A stretch of DNA of 64,000 bases, from the IMG/VR virus record IMGVR_UViG_3300022555_000012; one strand, given 5' to 3'. The notes under the pieces were generated by a model. It was not told the DNA's origin. It did no database searches and was given only the letters and a program-made list of their open reading frames with translations. Below, one piece after another: positions 12,572-24,292 of this stretch. The position numbers were made by a program, and so were the translations under genes. Each line of letters opens with the position of its first letter. The stretch's first letter is position 1. This DNA is from an uncultured virus (IMG/VR IMGVR_UViG_3300022555_000012). Lineage: Duplodnaviria; Heunggongvirae; Uroviricota; Caudoviricetes.

Positions 12572-13251
12572 CCCTTCGGTCGCGGCTTCCCCGGACTATA
12601 AATTCCCTTTCCATCAAACTCTTTCATCCGATCCAAAAGATTCCTAACCTCTCCTGCCTCAAGATGAATCCCATTATTCTTGCAAAGACCAAAAATAGTC
12701 GAAACCGTATTCCCATACAATTTGTCCAACATCATCAATGTTCTCGGTTCTTTCGGGAACGATGATCCACTCTCCCATCGGAAGTAACAAGCGTGAGTAA
12801 TCCCGAATCCTTCTGCGATTGACATCCCCGTAAGATCCCGACTGAGTCTTTCCTTCCGGAGATAATTTCCGAAGGCTATCCGGTATTGATCATCGCGACT
12901 ATCTGCCGCTTGATATCCACAGACCAGAACAGTTTTTTGCTGATGTGTCTTCCGACCACGATAAATTCCCCGAAGAAACTTGTCCCATTCCCGACGAGAT
13001 GGTGCTATCCCTTTCAAATCAAACATATTTTGAACCAACTTGGGAACGTCCCGGAACAGAACTGCCAATCTCTTCAATCGGATTATGCTCCCAGGGAATG
13101 CATCCCCGCATTCCCAACCGTAGATTGTGGCATGACTAATCCCCAGCACATAAGCAAGGTCATAAGGACTAATATCATGCTCCAACCTTTGCTTTTGCAA
13201 TTCCTGCCCGAAAGCCTGTTTAATGTTAAGATTTATTTTGCCTATTTGCAT
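12565..13251 (-). CDS. tandem XRE-family helix-turn-helix regulator
   Basis: Two HTH repeats: LAYVLGISHATIYGWECG and IAEGFGITHACYFRWESG. Confidence 0.8.
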   Translation of the reverse strand: MQIGKINLNIKQAFGQELQKQRLEHDISPYDLAYVLGISHATIYGWECGDAFPGSIIRLKRLAVLFRDVPKLVQNMFDLKGIAPSRREWDKFLRGIYRGRKTHQQKTVLVCGYQAADSRDDQYRIAFGNYLRKERLSRDLTGMSIAEGFGITHACYFRWESGSSFPKEPRTLMMLDKLYGNTVSTIFGLCKNNGIHLEAGEVRNLLDRMKEFDGKGIYSPGKPRPKGW

Positions 13252-15900
13252 ATAATGAAAATGGCTGAAACCAATGGAGCGTCATTCATAGGCCAAGACT
13301 TGTTGCCGACAGGCCACTTACCATCCGAATCACGACTTCCCCCAGTCCGCCAAAAATTGTTCTAACGACGACGCTCCATCTCGAACAGACGCTCATCCTT
13401 CCAAGGATGCCCATACAGTTCAATAAACTCCTCTTGCGTGATCTTTCGACCATTCAGATCATCCGGATATCCAAAACGGAACCAAGCATCACACCCCGCC
13501 GTATGAAAAATCCAAATCTGTTGAAGTAAAGGACTCCCATTATGAGTTTCCGGGACCATGCTCTTGTCAATCGGATCAAGAAGTTCAGTGGTAGGACAAC
13601 ACTTGAAGACATGCCCTTTTTTGAATTCAATCTTGGCATAGGTATCGACAATCGGAGTCGCCGGATCTTCATCCAGAACACATTCGCAACGCCAGGGACA
13701 AGACCCATATCCAACTCTATCCATCTTTGTGACTGTCACTTCAAGACCAGCGAACTGATCCATATAGGGATCACCGGTCTTTAAAATTTTACATCGTAGT
13801 TTCTTCATGGTGCCACCCCGGCATCAATCATTGCCATCGCCCGGTCACTGTAGACGGTGGGCTGTTCCCCACGCATCCGATATTCTGCCAGAGACGACTG
13901 AGGCTGAACTTCCCGAACCTTGTCCATCCCCATCACCTGAATCAACATTTTGTAAATCTTTTTCATATTAGAGAACCAACCTTCCGACACCTTGCAGTTT
14001 CAACTCCCTTGAAATCCCTACCCAATGCCACCCAATCTTCCCATCCTGCCACATCCCATACATATGCAACCAAATCCGACCCAACCTCGAAACCACCAGA
14101 CGCATCTGTAATTCCGTACTCATACCTATACATTGCAGGAAAATGTATAGAATACGGAAGAAATCTTCACAAATCGGGCATTGTCAAAACAAAGGATTCT
14201 GCCCTCATCCTGGCCGTCGCACTCCGAACATCAATATGCCCGAAAGTCTCTTCCAATGTCTCGTAATAGACCCCTAGAAGCCCCTTGGACCCGAGAAAAT
14301 CCACCTCGACCTTATACATCGCATTCAAATCCTTCGGGTATTCAGGGACCTTAACCCACCGATGCCCATCAAAATCACCCCGAAGCCCCTGATTCGATGC
14401 CTCCAGATTGGTAAACCCGACACTACTGGCCACCAACATCGTCAAATACAGGTCATTCAATGTCGCCACTTCTTCCTTCGTTTTCATTCTTTTTTTACTC
14501 TCGTCCTTCGTCATTTCATCGACCTTTTTCCAGAACTGCTCCCGACGATGTTTCATCAATTCAAATTGATTCCGATTCTCATCAATATCCTTGTCAATCT
14601 GGGCGATCTCCCATTTCTGTGTCCGGTTAAAAGCCTCCTCGAAAGTCATCCCCATCTTCATCTTCTCCCGAGTTCCCTTAAAACACCGACATAAGAACCC
14701 GATGACACCGATAGTCGCGTGAATCGTGCAACTGACACGACGATAGATCGGATTCTTCAGGATACAAATCATGATCTTGCATTTGATAATGTATAGACGC
14801 CACATCATTTGACACCCCGACGCCTCATTAACATCACCCTGTTCCGGGACTCTGTCATCATGTCATCAATCTTCTTCATCTCACAATTATATGACCTGTC
14901 AGAAGCCTCTTTATGCGACATCCCCATCTTCCGGCGTTCCCTTACCCCCTTGAAATATCGAGTTATTGAACACGCCGTCATCCATCCAGCCCAAATACGA
15001 CTGGCCAGCGACCTGAACCCAGGCACCGACCTTATTAATTTAGTCAACATAACTACCAGATCTCTCTGTAAACTTTACTCTTCTCCTGAAATTGAACGAT
15101 ATTGCGAAGGAGTCAGACCAAGTCTGGTCATCTCCGCCAACTCATCCATCGCTGCCTGCCTGTCCTGATGTCCCCGCCGAGAACCCTTCTGAAACTTATC
15201 CCTCTTCTCAGATGGTTTACGACTATCTTCCTCATTCCGCTGCCATACTTTACCCACAATACCCTCACTTGTTACTGCTTTTGACTTCCTTCACCCTACT
15301 ACATTGCCGATTGTTCCCTGGGATACGGAACTCCATTCAAATCCCAGATGAATTCACTATACGCGTCCCCAGGCCGAGGAAAGTTACCCTGTCCGGCTTT
15401 ATCACAGATCTTCCGTGCTACTGCCCTGGACACAAACTTGCCTTCATTCGTCACAAAACCCTGATCCTTGCCACCGGGATACGGCCGAGGACACACATTG
15501 TCCTCTCTCATCTTCAGACCAATCCTGTCATGCCTCCACCCCGTGTAGATCTTGCCCTTGTATTTGATCGCTGCCTTCTCAATCACCAAAGGCCCGAATA
15601 TCTTCCTCCGTGGTTCCGGAAGACCCGCATTTTCCCTCCAGACCTTCCTTTTAGGCAACTGCCTCTCAATCTTCTCCTCACCCTTGGCAATCCTCATCAA
15701 GAAGTCTGTCAAAGGTTCCGGGTCCTTCACGAGAAGGACTTCGTCTTCGTCATACCAAGTCCACTGAATCGTGTGATCGCACAAAGGCTTGAACTGTAGG
15801 AGTTTATCCCAATTAGTCTTGCACATACAATGCTGACTATGCTTCCCGACGACCTTGCCGTCTTTCCGAATAATATAATCTGTCACATTCGCTGATGTAC

Positions 15901-16230
15901 TCATGCTGCCACCTTTGATCTTTCCCGACATTCTGGACATCTATGAACCAATTCCTTCAATGACTCCTCACGATCTACCGTGAATCCTTCCAAATCGTAT
16001 CCAGACAGGTCAGGTTGCTCGTAGGGAGACTTGGCATTCATACCCCTGCTCTTCATCTCGGTTTCGAGTTCGTCATGCCTGGAAGACATACTGACAGGTT
16101 CTATCTGCCCCTTCCGGCCACTAATCCTATGCCCTTTGACAAAGTTGTGCCGGTGCTTATGAATTTCTCCGTGTTCTCCCAACAGATGCTGACGGCACAA
16201 GATACTCGGATTGACCATCCACATTCTCAT
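15901..16230 (-). CDS. pyrimidine-dimer DNA glycosylase / endonuclease V-like protein
   Basis: MRMW.V.P..LCRQHLLGEH.EIH and RH..L..EM..RG motifs. Confidence 0.75.
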   Translation of the reverse strand: MRMWMVNPSILCRQHLLGEHGEIHKHRHNFVKGHRISGRKGQIEPVSMSSRHDELETEMKSRGMNAKSPYEQPDLSGYDLEGFTVDREESLKELVHRCPECRERSKVAA

Positions 16231-17876
16231 AAATCCTCTTTATACTCCCTTGTCTTCCAATCCGCACTCTTCTTTCCACATCTCCCGCATTGCCCTTCAT
16301 ACCAGTCATGCCCACCAGTCCCTGCCCGTTCCTCTTCCTCACATCTCCGGATAGCATATTCCGTCATCTGCTCATCCCTGGTTTTGCCCTTGGTGGTGAA
16401 ACGGTCACAACTACAATGAATGCACCCACCCCGGCCTCCCGTATGACTCATCTTTATGTCACCACAGTATTTGCACTTGTCCATACATCTCGGACATGGC
16501 TCTCCCATCTTGGGAATATACCCTTCAGGGAATTTTGAATTACAGTAATGACACTTACCGTTCATACCGGCCTCCCAGGTTTACCACCGGGTTCAAGTCC
16601 CTGTCCACACCAAGAACAAATCTTTCGCCCAGGAACGAATGTTGTTTTACAGTTGAGACAGACACCAGCTTCCGGACATCCGTGATGATGACGAGTCTCA
16701 CAGACCCATCTGGGCTTATCGTGGTATGAGGTGTAGCCGCGACCAGGGGTGAATGACCCCTTATCCTGACCAACATGAAGACATTCCCGTTTCCCGCATT
16801 CTGAGTCGCAGGTATCCACGGAAACCCTCTTCCCATCCCAGTTTTTAGCCTTAATCATACTTACACATTGCAGAAAAGTGGTGGGAATACGGAATCATTT
16901 ACATTTCTCGACGAAAAGCTCGTCCGGGGTGACTCGCCAGCCCCTGGTAGTAGTAAGGCTCGTTACATGCCATCCACGACAAAATCTGCAAAAATAAACC
17001 CCCAATTTGTCCTTGGAAGTCCTTTCACAAATGACCGATGCAGACGCCCGAGCACCTAACTCATCCGAGTATCGACGCTTCGCCTGACATATGGCAATCT
17101 CTGGGTTTACCTTTGGAGCACTCACGATTTCTCAAATAGTTTGATCTTTGACGGAAGAACTTCCGCGAGTTTATCCAGGAACTCCAATGCCTCCCTGACA
17201 TCCTTGCGAATCTTGACCCGGTGTCTAATCGTCGCAATCTCGTAACAGGTTCCGTGTTCTCGTGCCGTGAGAATGATGAAATCAACATTGGGAAGCCGGA
17301 TATACCAACAATGAAAATAATGTGACCCGGAGAAACAAAAAGATGGTTTTCCAAACAGTTCCTTGAAATTCTTCCTGTTGTCCCCGGTAAGCCTGCACCC
17401 GTAGTCAAAATCCAACTTGGTCAAGCCTCTGCCATAATGCCGATTGGAAAATTGCATCCATTCCGGGAAATTCATGACAGGTGTCGCACCCAGCCGACAT
17501 TCGTAATATTCCTTACCCAACCCTTTTTCTCTAATCACTTTATGTTCTGGCAAACTCATATATCCCTCTTAAAAATGGCGGCCAGACGGGGGATTTTAGC
17601 GTATAACCCGAAGTTTCGATAAGATCTTACAGACTCCTGCCGGTGCGACCAGCACCCTTGAAACACCCCCCTCAAAGTGCCGTAATGAAAATGAAAACCT
17701 TCCTCTGCTGAAAATCCCTATTTGCCCAAGGAACCGGATTATCAGCCTCCAATACCAGACACGGCAACTCACAAGACGGGGAACAAGGAAATCCATCCCC
17801 AGCCACCGTCTTTTTATAAACCTCTTTCCACTCCTCAGAGGTCCGTATAACTGCCTTCTTCGTATAATCTTTCACC

Positions 17877-19118
17877 TCAATGTCTCCTTCCATACCTCTT
17901 TGTCAAATCTTCCCGATATCTCCAAAACTCCGGGTCATCTCCCCAGGTCTTCGACTCATCAGGCATAAAATGCTCAATCACGAAATAAGAACCTATCCCA
18001 AAGATTATCGCAAGAACAAAACCCAGCACGAACCACCAAGGATTGATATCCACCTGCAAATAATCATTGATCGACCTAAAATCCTTTTTCAACCACAACT
18101 TCGGTATGTCCACCCTCAATAACTCCCCGTATCTCTGCACCGAGAACGGCTTGCCGGCCATCTCATCCCTCAATGTAGCGTGTAAAGTCGTGTTGTCCAT
18201 CCAACTATGAACCTCTACCCACTTAATCTTTGTCCCGTCCAACGCCATAAAAGTGATCAACTCATTCTTATTGGGTCCCTGCCAGGCCGTCAAAACATCT
18301 TCAACCACTCCCTGCCCAACATCCTTGTCAAAAACGACCAACATCGGGTGAACAAGGTTCATTCTCCCGAGACTGGCACTTACCCTCTTCAGATACAAGA
18401 TCTCATCTCCTGAGAGCTTCAGTCCCCCGTAAATGACCACTGGTGTCGTATTCCCCTGATCTACCGGCCGAGGATACTTCGCCATCTGCTGTTCCGTCGC
18501 TTGTCCCCACTTCAATACCGAATTCGACACCCTGATCTTGTTCACATACTTGTGAACCTCAACATCAGGCCAGATCGTCTCGAAAGTCTTCGGCCAGTTA
18601 CAAGAATAGATCGGTCCATCAATACTGTCCGAGAACCCGGCAGAAGTTCCCTTGTTCATTCCAGTCTTAGCCTCTCCGTGCCATTGTGCCCTCCATTGAT
18701 TGTATTGACTCTCGGAAATCTCATTCTCTTGGCCATATTCATCTGTCCGATACCAAAAAGGTCCGTGATGCTTCGTGTAATGGTGAACGGTTGTAATTGT
18801 GGACTTTCCACATTTAGTAGTCGTAGTGTAAGTCTCGTGAGTCGTCCATTCCATCTCATGCCGGATTCCCGTCACCCTGAGATTCCACACCTCATTGAAC
18901 TTCGTCTTTGCCACTGCCCCTTCCCAGGAAAGAGCGGCAATCATAATACAGGCGATCAAGTTTACGACCGCATAGACCATAAACTTGATCCAGTTTTGCT
19001 TGATCTCCTCTGAATTCTTGGCTCCCTGCCACTTGCCAATAGGCCAAGTAGGACACACAAGTAAAATCAAGACCCCGATTAACGGGATCATCGCCGGTAT
19101 CCACCAAAAATTACCCAT
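17877..19118 (-). CDS. membrane protein with a large soluble domain
   Basis: Two N-terminal and one C-terminal hydrophobic helices; 413 aa. Confidence 0.7.
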   Translation of the reverse strand: MGNFWWIPAMIPLIGVLILLVCPTWPIGKWQGAKNSEEIKQNWIKFMVYAVVNLIACIMIAALSWEGAVAKTKFNEVWNLRVTGIRHEMEWTTHETYTTTTKCGKSTITTVHHYTKHHGPFWYRTDEYGQENEISESQYNQWRAQWHGEAKTGMNKGTSAGFSDSIDGPIYSCNWPKTFETIWPDVEVHKYVNKIRVSNSVLKWGQATEQQMAKYPRPVDQGNTTPVVIYGGLKLSGDEILYLKRVSASLGRMNLVHPMLVVFDKDVGQGVVEDVLTAWQGPNKNELITFMALDGTKIKWVEVHSWMDNTTLHATLRDEMAGKPFSVQRYGELLRVDIPKLWLKKDFRSINDYLQVDINPWWFVLGFVLAIIFGIGSYFVIEHFMPDESKTWGDDPEFWRYREDLTKRYGRRH

Positions 19119-19119
19119 A

Positions 19120-19587
19120 CTAACCCCTTGCTCCTACCATGCTTGCTGCCATCTGATAATGCTCATCCGATGTGTCAAACCGAACATGACCCACCGGGAG
19201 ATTGAACCGTGCCATAATCTTATTCTTGAACTTCATCAAGACCTTCGGCAAATACACGATGAATTCCGGCTTCTTCGGATCAATCATATAGACCACCCGA
19301 CCCCGAGGAATGTCCTCATACTCCAAACCCTTCCACTTGGGATTGGAGTGAACGGCATTATCCCACACATCAATGTGAGCCTTGTCCAGGATCTTGAAGT
19401 CACCATATTCCTCTGCCAGGGGCAAGGGAACAGCATGGGAAAACATATTCCCAGACACATCGCACCAGAACAGGCCGACTTCAGGGGTTGATGCCACCTT
19501 TGTCTTAACCAAGTTCTCACGTCTGAACTGGACGACGGCATTCCTTAAGGCCACTTCTTCCAACATCTTTTTTTCACGAATATCCAT
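19120..19587 (-). CDS. hypothetical protein
   Basis: 155 aa ORF downstream of the promoter motif at 19610. Confidence 0.65.
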   Translation of the reverse strand: MDIREKKMLEEVALRNAVVQFRRENLVKTKVASTPEVGLFWCDVSGNMFSHAVPLPLAEEYGDFKILDKAHIDVWDNAVHSNPKWKGLEYEDIPRGRVVYMIDPKKPEFIVYLPKVLMKFKNKIMARFNLPVGHVRFDTSDEHYQMAASMVGARG

Positions 19588-19639
19588 AAATCACCATTCC
19601 TTTGCTCAACATTGCCGGAATACTATCACAATACGAAAA

Positions 19640-20238
19640 TCACTTGGCAATCTCTTCCGTAATGTTCTTCATCACGTCTCTCGCACAATCGTCACAAACA
19701 TAAGCCGTTGCGGTAGGTCCTCCCGAAGTGATCATCCTTAATGCTCTGGTCCCGACCGGCATTGTGAACTTCGCCTTGTCCTCCTGGGTGTAAGGCTCCC
19801 GACGCTTTCGATTCTTATAGTCGAATTTCACCTGACAAAATCGACAAGCCACCTTAGACATTATTACCGTTCTTTCAAAGACCGGCACATAACTTCCTCG
19901 ACCATTATAGATTTTAATGCTCATAGTATTTTGGAACCCAATTCTTCTGCGATATTCTCCATCAACTCCCTCACACAATTATGACACACATAAGCCGTCC
20001 CCGTAGGTCCTGACGCTGTCACCATCCTGAAAGCCGTATCCCCTGAAGACATCATAAACTTCGCCTTATCTTCCGGGGTGTAATCTCGCCGCTCTTTCCG
20101 GGTTTTCACCTCGAAGGTTGACTGACAAAACCGGCAAGCCGTCTTCGACTTCAAAATGATCTTCGAGAAAACCGGACGGGTCCTTCCGTAGTTATCCTGT
20201 ATCTTGATACTCATTTCCAGATCTCCCTGTTCTTCCAA
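19640..20238 (-). CDS. two tandem paralogous Zn-finger proteins (both start MSIKI)
   Basis: Shared ACRFCQ...YT.EDKAKF...SGPT.TAYVC..C motifs. Confidence 0.7.
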
Positions 20239-20873
20239 ATGAATCGCATCTCACGAATCTCTTTCACCACCAACCCCAGGAGTCCAAGAATAACGACAAT
20301 GTTGAACCACTTATTCTCGTGACAGGCATTATGAATGACCACTTCAGTCAAACAGATAGCCATAAACAGGAACATCGCAATAAACAATACTCCCAAACCC
20401 ATCCTTAACTTGATATTCATCATTTCCGCTTCCCCCTTTTCCAAATTGATATCACCTTACATAGTACATCTATTCCCAAGGCAATAAGAACCAAAGCCTC
20501 AACAACATTGTACAACCTGCTATAGGGAACGTGCATGGCCACAAAAATCAGGCACGAAGCCGTGAAGAAGAATACCCCCGACATCAATGATCCCAATCCA
20601 ATCATTAATTTATCACTCATCTCAATTATTCCTTTGGAGCAGATTTAATAGACTCTGAGAAACTAATCGCATCCTCCTTGTTGTCGAATGTCATCAAAGA
20701 TGCATCCCGGTCAAATGCCGCCGAAAATCTCTTTTCCATCTTCGATCCCGTCAAATAACGGTATTGTATCCGACCGTCATCCGACCCAAGCATCTCCGCC
20801 GGGTGAATCTCTCCACTCTCTTTGACAATCACAAAGAAGTCCCCAGCCTTCAACTCACTCGATTTAATATTTT

Positions 20874-21579
20874 TCATTGTCCCTTCACCGCCTTTTCATA
20901 AATCAATGCCACTTCCACATCATTGATCGGCATATACCGATTCACATCCACCCCGACATTCACATGCCAGATCCCAGCAACCTTCTTGGTCTTCCAAGCA
21001 TTGTGAACATGCCCACAAATCATGAAGTCAAACATATCCCGGCAGTATTGGGCGTGATAAAACTCCCGCTCCCGGTGACGATCCGACATCTTGTCTCTCC
21101 AGGGATTCGCCATTCTCTCGTTATGCGGGAGAGCCTGCCAAGCCCGATAAACCTCTTCATCTGCCAGAGGACGATGCTGAACACCAACCCGATACTTCCC
21201 AATCTCACAAGACATAAAGTAACCCACGCCTTTGACACCGTTCTGCTCATCGTGATTCCCGGCCACAATTATCCATTTACCTGTCAATTGTTTGAGAATC
21301 TCTTCGGGATGAGTCTTGGCCCCCATAAACCCTTTCTCCCCACCACGACAAGCGAAGTCTCCGACACAGACAACCGTATCCTCCGGTTTGACCCTCATAT
21401 TGGCTTCCCGAATCAACATCGTATTCATCTGTTCGGCACGAAGATGAGCAATCTCGTGACTGACCCATGACCCGTCTGGGTTCAAGTCCCCAGGTTTCAA
21501 CTGCGGCCGTTTCGTATATTTAATTATGTTGGGGTGGATGCTAATAGTGCGGGTCAGCGGTCCAGAATCTAACACTCAT
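20874..21579 (-). CDS. calcineurin-like metallophosphoesterase; N-terminus MSVRFWTADPHY is out of frame with the body (recoded or pseudogene)
   Basis: HPNIIKY, VGDF, GNHD and GHVH motifs in the body; the DxH motif is in a 12-codon ORF (21541-21579) with RBS GGAAGGAG. Confidence 0.75.
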
Positions 21580-21707
21580 GTTAAACTCCTTCCGACCATT
21601 GACCCGCACAAATCTCCCCCGCCGAAAAGCGGTTGATTGCGTTCTATTGTCATTTTCTTATTCATATTCATACATTGCATATCATATCTTCAAATACGGA
21701 AAGTTTT

Positions 21708-22436
21708 TCACACATTCTGCTTCTTATCCCGATACCGATGATAATTCCCTCCCCTTGCCGTCGGCTGCTGTGTATGACAATTGGGACACAACCATCTTAA
21801 ATTCACCACCCTGTTGTCTGTCTTATCACCATTGACATGATCAACTTCCAACTTCAATTTCTTTCCATTCCAGATTGGTCCCTGAGAACAAAGAACACAA
21901 TAATACTTCGATGGATCTAATTTATAAAAACGACTATTTACGGCAACTCTTCCCTTGTGTCCTTCCCGAAACAATTCTTCGTGTGTATAAGGTCGTCCTC
22001 TACCTTTTCTGAAATGAGAGATGTCTAATCCTAAACGATCTGCGGCTCTGGTCAATGCTGGTCTTTCTATTCCAATACTTCTTGCCGCCTTCAAATAAGT
22101 ATCATTGTCCTTTACAGCCCGAATCACATCTTCATCTGAGAAAAGTTTTTCTCCAGATTTTGAAAAACCACGATGAGTGCAAATTGCACAACTTTTAGAT
22201 CTGTAATCTTTTTCTCTACCACATTTGCAAAGTTGCGGAGCACAATGCTTTCCGTGTTTATATCTCGGATTTGATTCTCCTCTCCCCATAGTGAAATGAG
22301 ACGTGTTAAGTCCAAGTCTTTCCGATATCCTTGAAACAGTCTGACGACTAACCCAAACTCTTCTTTCCACCTCAGAAAAAGACCTGCATTCTGAGACTGC
22401 TTTAACAACTTCCTCGATTTGTTTTTGACTTAACAT
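21708..22436 (-). CDS. HNH homing endonuclease
   Basis: LEVDHVNGDKTDNRVVNLRWLCPNCHTQ. Confidence 0.9.
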   Translation of the reverse strand: MLSQKQIEEVVKAVSECRSFSEVERRVWVSRQTVSRISERLGLNTSHFTMGRGESNPRYKHGKHCAPQLCKCGREKDYRSKSCAICTHRGFSKSGEKLFSDEDVIRAVKDNDTYLKAARSIGIERPALTRAADRLGLDISHFRKGRGRPYTHEELFREGHKGRVAVNSRFYKLDPSKYYCVLCSQGPIWNGKKLKLEVDHVNGDKTDNRVVNLRWLCPNCHTQQPTARGGNYHRYRDKKQNV

Positions 22437-22513
22437 GGCATATTTCTCCTAAAAATATACCAATATTCTGTCAGGACAGTTGACGTACATCAAGAACATT
22501 CTTTACAATGTTT

Positions 22514-22552
22514 TTACAAATGGTTATCCGCCGTGAAAAATCTTATGCTCAT
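22514..22552 (-). pseudogene. orphaned original N-terminus of the metallophosphoesterase (MSIRFFTADNHL*)
   Basis: Overlaps the upstream gene's stop (ATGA); carries the FTADxH motif; ends at the start of the HNH cassette. Confidence 0.75.
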
Positions 22553-23016
22553 ATCTTGTCCCAACCTTTTCGACCTCTATTTTCAATAAGCCACTTATCA
22601 AAGGCCACATCGTCATACACAACCATTCCAACGCTTGCTGCCTTTTCAGACCACTCACGAATCCTGTTGCCATTCCAGACTTGAAACTCCCAGACTTCCG
22701 GCTTATATCCGAGATTGTGATGACATTCGAGCCACCGAGAACTCATCCCACACTCAATCCACATCTTCGGATAACACTGAAGTATCGACTCCGGGTATTC
22801 TTTCAGAAGTTGTTCTTTGGGGACATTCATTCTCCCTTTTCTTCCTTCTTGACGACCGGCCGGCAATTGGCACCACAAAATGCGTCAGGACACGTAGGAT
22901 GTGTCCCTTTCAATGCCACGACCTTCTGGTCACACACAACACACTTGTATTCGATCTCTTTTAACTCATTCATACCACTACATTGCAGAAAGTTATCCAC
23001 AATACGGAAATAAAAA

Positions 23017-23137
23017 GGCGGTGAGGCATGGACTCGAACCATATCCAGGTTGGGATACGTCCCTCCCCTTCCAGCGATTCCGATTCTTCTCTCCCGCCAA
23101 GGTCCGGACCCGGACGGTCAATGCACGCTGCCTCCCC
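23017..23137 (-). ncRNA. tRNA-like RNA with T-arm and acceptor-like ends and a non-tRNA middle
   Basis: 5' GGGGAGG; 3' TATGG-TTCGAGT-CCATG-CCTCACC-GCC; internal GTCCGG/CCGGAC hairpin. Confidence 0.45.
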
Positions 23138-23151
23138 GAAAAACAATTTGA

Positions 23152-23266
23152 TTGAACGAGTCGGACGCTACTCCGACCACCAGAGGCTATACGGTCTTAC
23201 ACCGACTTATCTGACAGGTTTCCCTGTACCGAATTATGTGTGTCTGCTTCCCACACCGCCGCTCAA
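23152..23266 (-). ncRNA. tRNA-like structured RNA with extended middle
   Basis: TTGAGCG/CGTTCAA closing stem; GTGTG/CACAC arm; ACAGG-GAAA-CCTGT; GTCGGA-GTAGCG-TCCGAC. Confidence 0.5.
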
Positions 23267-23279
23267 CCAAGAACTCAAA

Positions 23280-23900
23280 TTACATCAATTTCTCGTCCAT
23301 CTGCTTCGATGCCACCGAATCCTTCGTCTCCTTGGACGTAATCATCTCAGGTTTCGACTTCACCTTATCAGCCAAAGCCACACCTAACCAGTTGTGATAG
23401 GGGTCTTTACAATAGGCCGTATGTTCTCGCCAGACATCCGTCAAAATATCCTGTTGCCGGGTAAAGTCTGCCATTTGACCTTCAATCGCATTCGCCAATT
23501 GCGTATAGAGTTCCTGTGGAATCCCGAGAGCTTCACTCTCACGACTCACATTGATCCCCATGCCGCCGGCCACTACAGCCCCAACAGCCGCATTACCCTT
23601 ACTCACTCCTGGATTTCCCTCGGCCGACGCCGCTTGAGCCATCCCTGCCCGTCCCTGGGCTTGTAAGGCGACCACCTTGAGGAACTTATCCGCCCACTCA
23701 TCCGTACAAGTGTGCTTATTCTTGATAACTGTCCGCATTTTGAAGAGAGCCGCCTCGACGACATTAAACTGTCCGTCATACCGGGTTGCCAATCCGATTT
23801 CGCCCTTCGCCACGTCCATTTGCCACAACTTCACACCGATACAGAACACGACCGCAATCACGATCAACGACAAAAACGCCGCCACTATTACCTTATTCAT
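23280..23900 (-). CDS. membrane-anchored helical protein (possibly LemA-like)
   Basis: N-terminal TM segment followed by helical body. Confidence 0.55.
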   Translation of the reverse strand: MNKVIVAAFLSLIVIAVVFCIGVKLWQMDVAKGEIGLATRYDGQFNVVEAALFKMRTVIKNKHTCTDEWADKFLKVVALQAQGRAGMAQAASAEGNPGVSKGNAAVGAVVAGGMGINVSRESEALGIPQELYTQLANAIEGQMADFTRQQDILTDVWREHTAYCKDPYHNWLGVALADKVKSKPEMITSKETKDSVASKQMDEKLM

Positions 23901-24292
23901 CTCTTCATCTCCCTATGTTTTTTAATACTACCCAGGCCGAACTCTCGACCTGATCTTAATGCGACGACCAAGGCCATCGGTTCTGGCCTTGACTCACGAC
24001 TCCAGGCTTCCCACCCAGTTCGGGACAATTTACATTCACCATTTAGCGGACCGCCTATCCTTCATTTTATGAAGCCAGTGGTGTGAGATTTGGTTTAATG
24101 TCCACCCCAGAACACCCATCTCCTTCTGTTCTGGATTCCGCAGGGATAACTACCGAACCGCTATTCCCCACAAGACTTAATCTCTAACGCATTATCTTTC
24201 TCCCGTTGAAAGTTTAAAATGTATAGCCTCAATACCTCATTATACCTCTTTGAGACTATACATTGCGGGAATTTTGTCAGAATACGGAAAGA

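Noticed and set aside
17576..17665. Degenerate tRNA ending GGCCGCCA
   Set aside because: No convincing T-loop, D-arm or anticodon stem; a similar weak case at about 13262-13346 was also not supported.
21541..22517. Single self-splicing intron restoring DNHFIHPN (GT...AG ends)
   Set aside because: An in-frame join is arithmetically possible, but no group I or II core is visible, and the insert has its own promoter, RBS and duplicate N-terminus.
23017..23137. tmRNA
   Set aside because: Too short, lacks the G3.U70 pair and has no tag reading frame.
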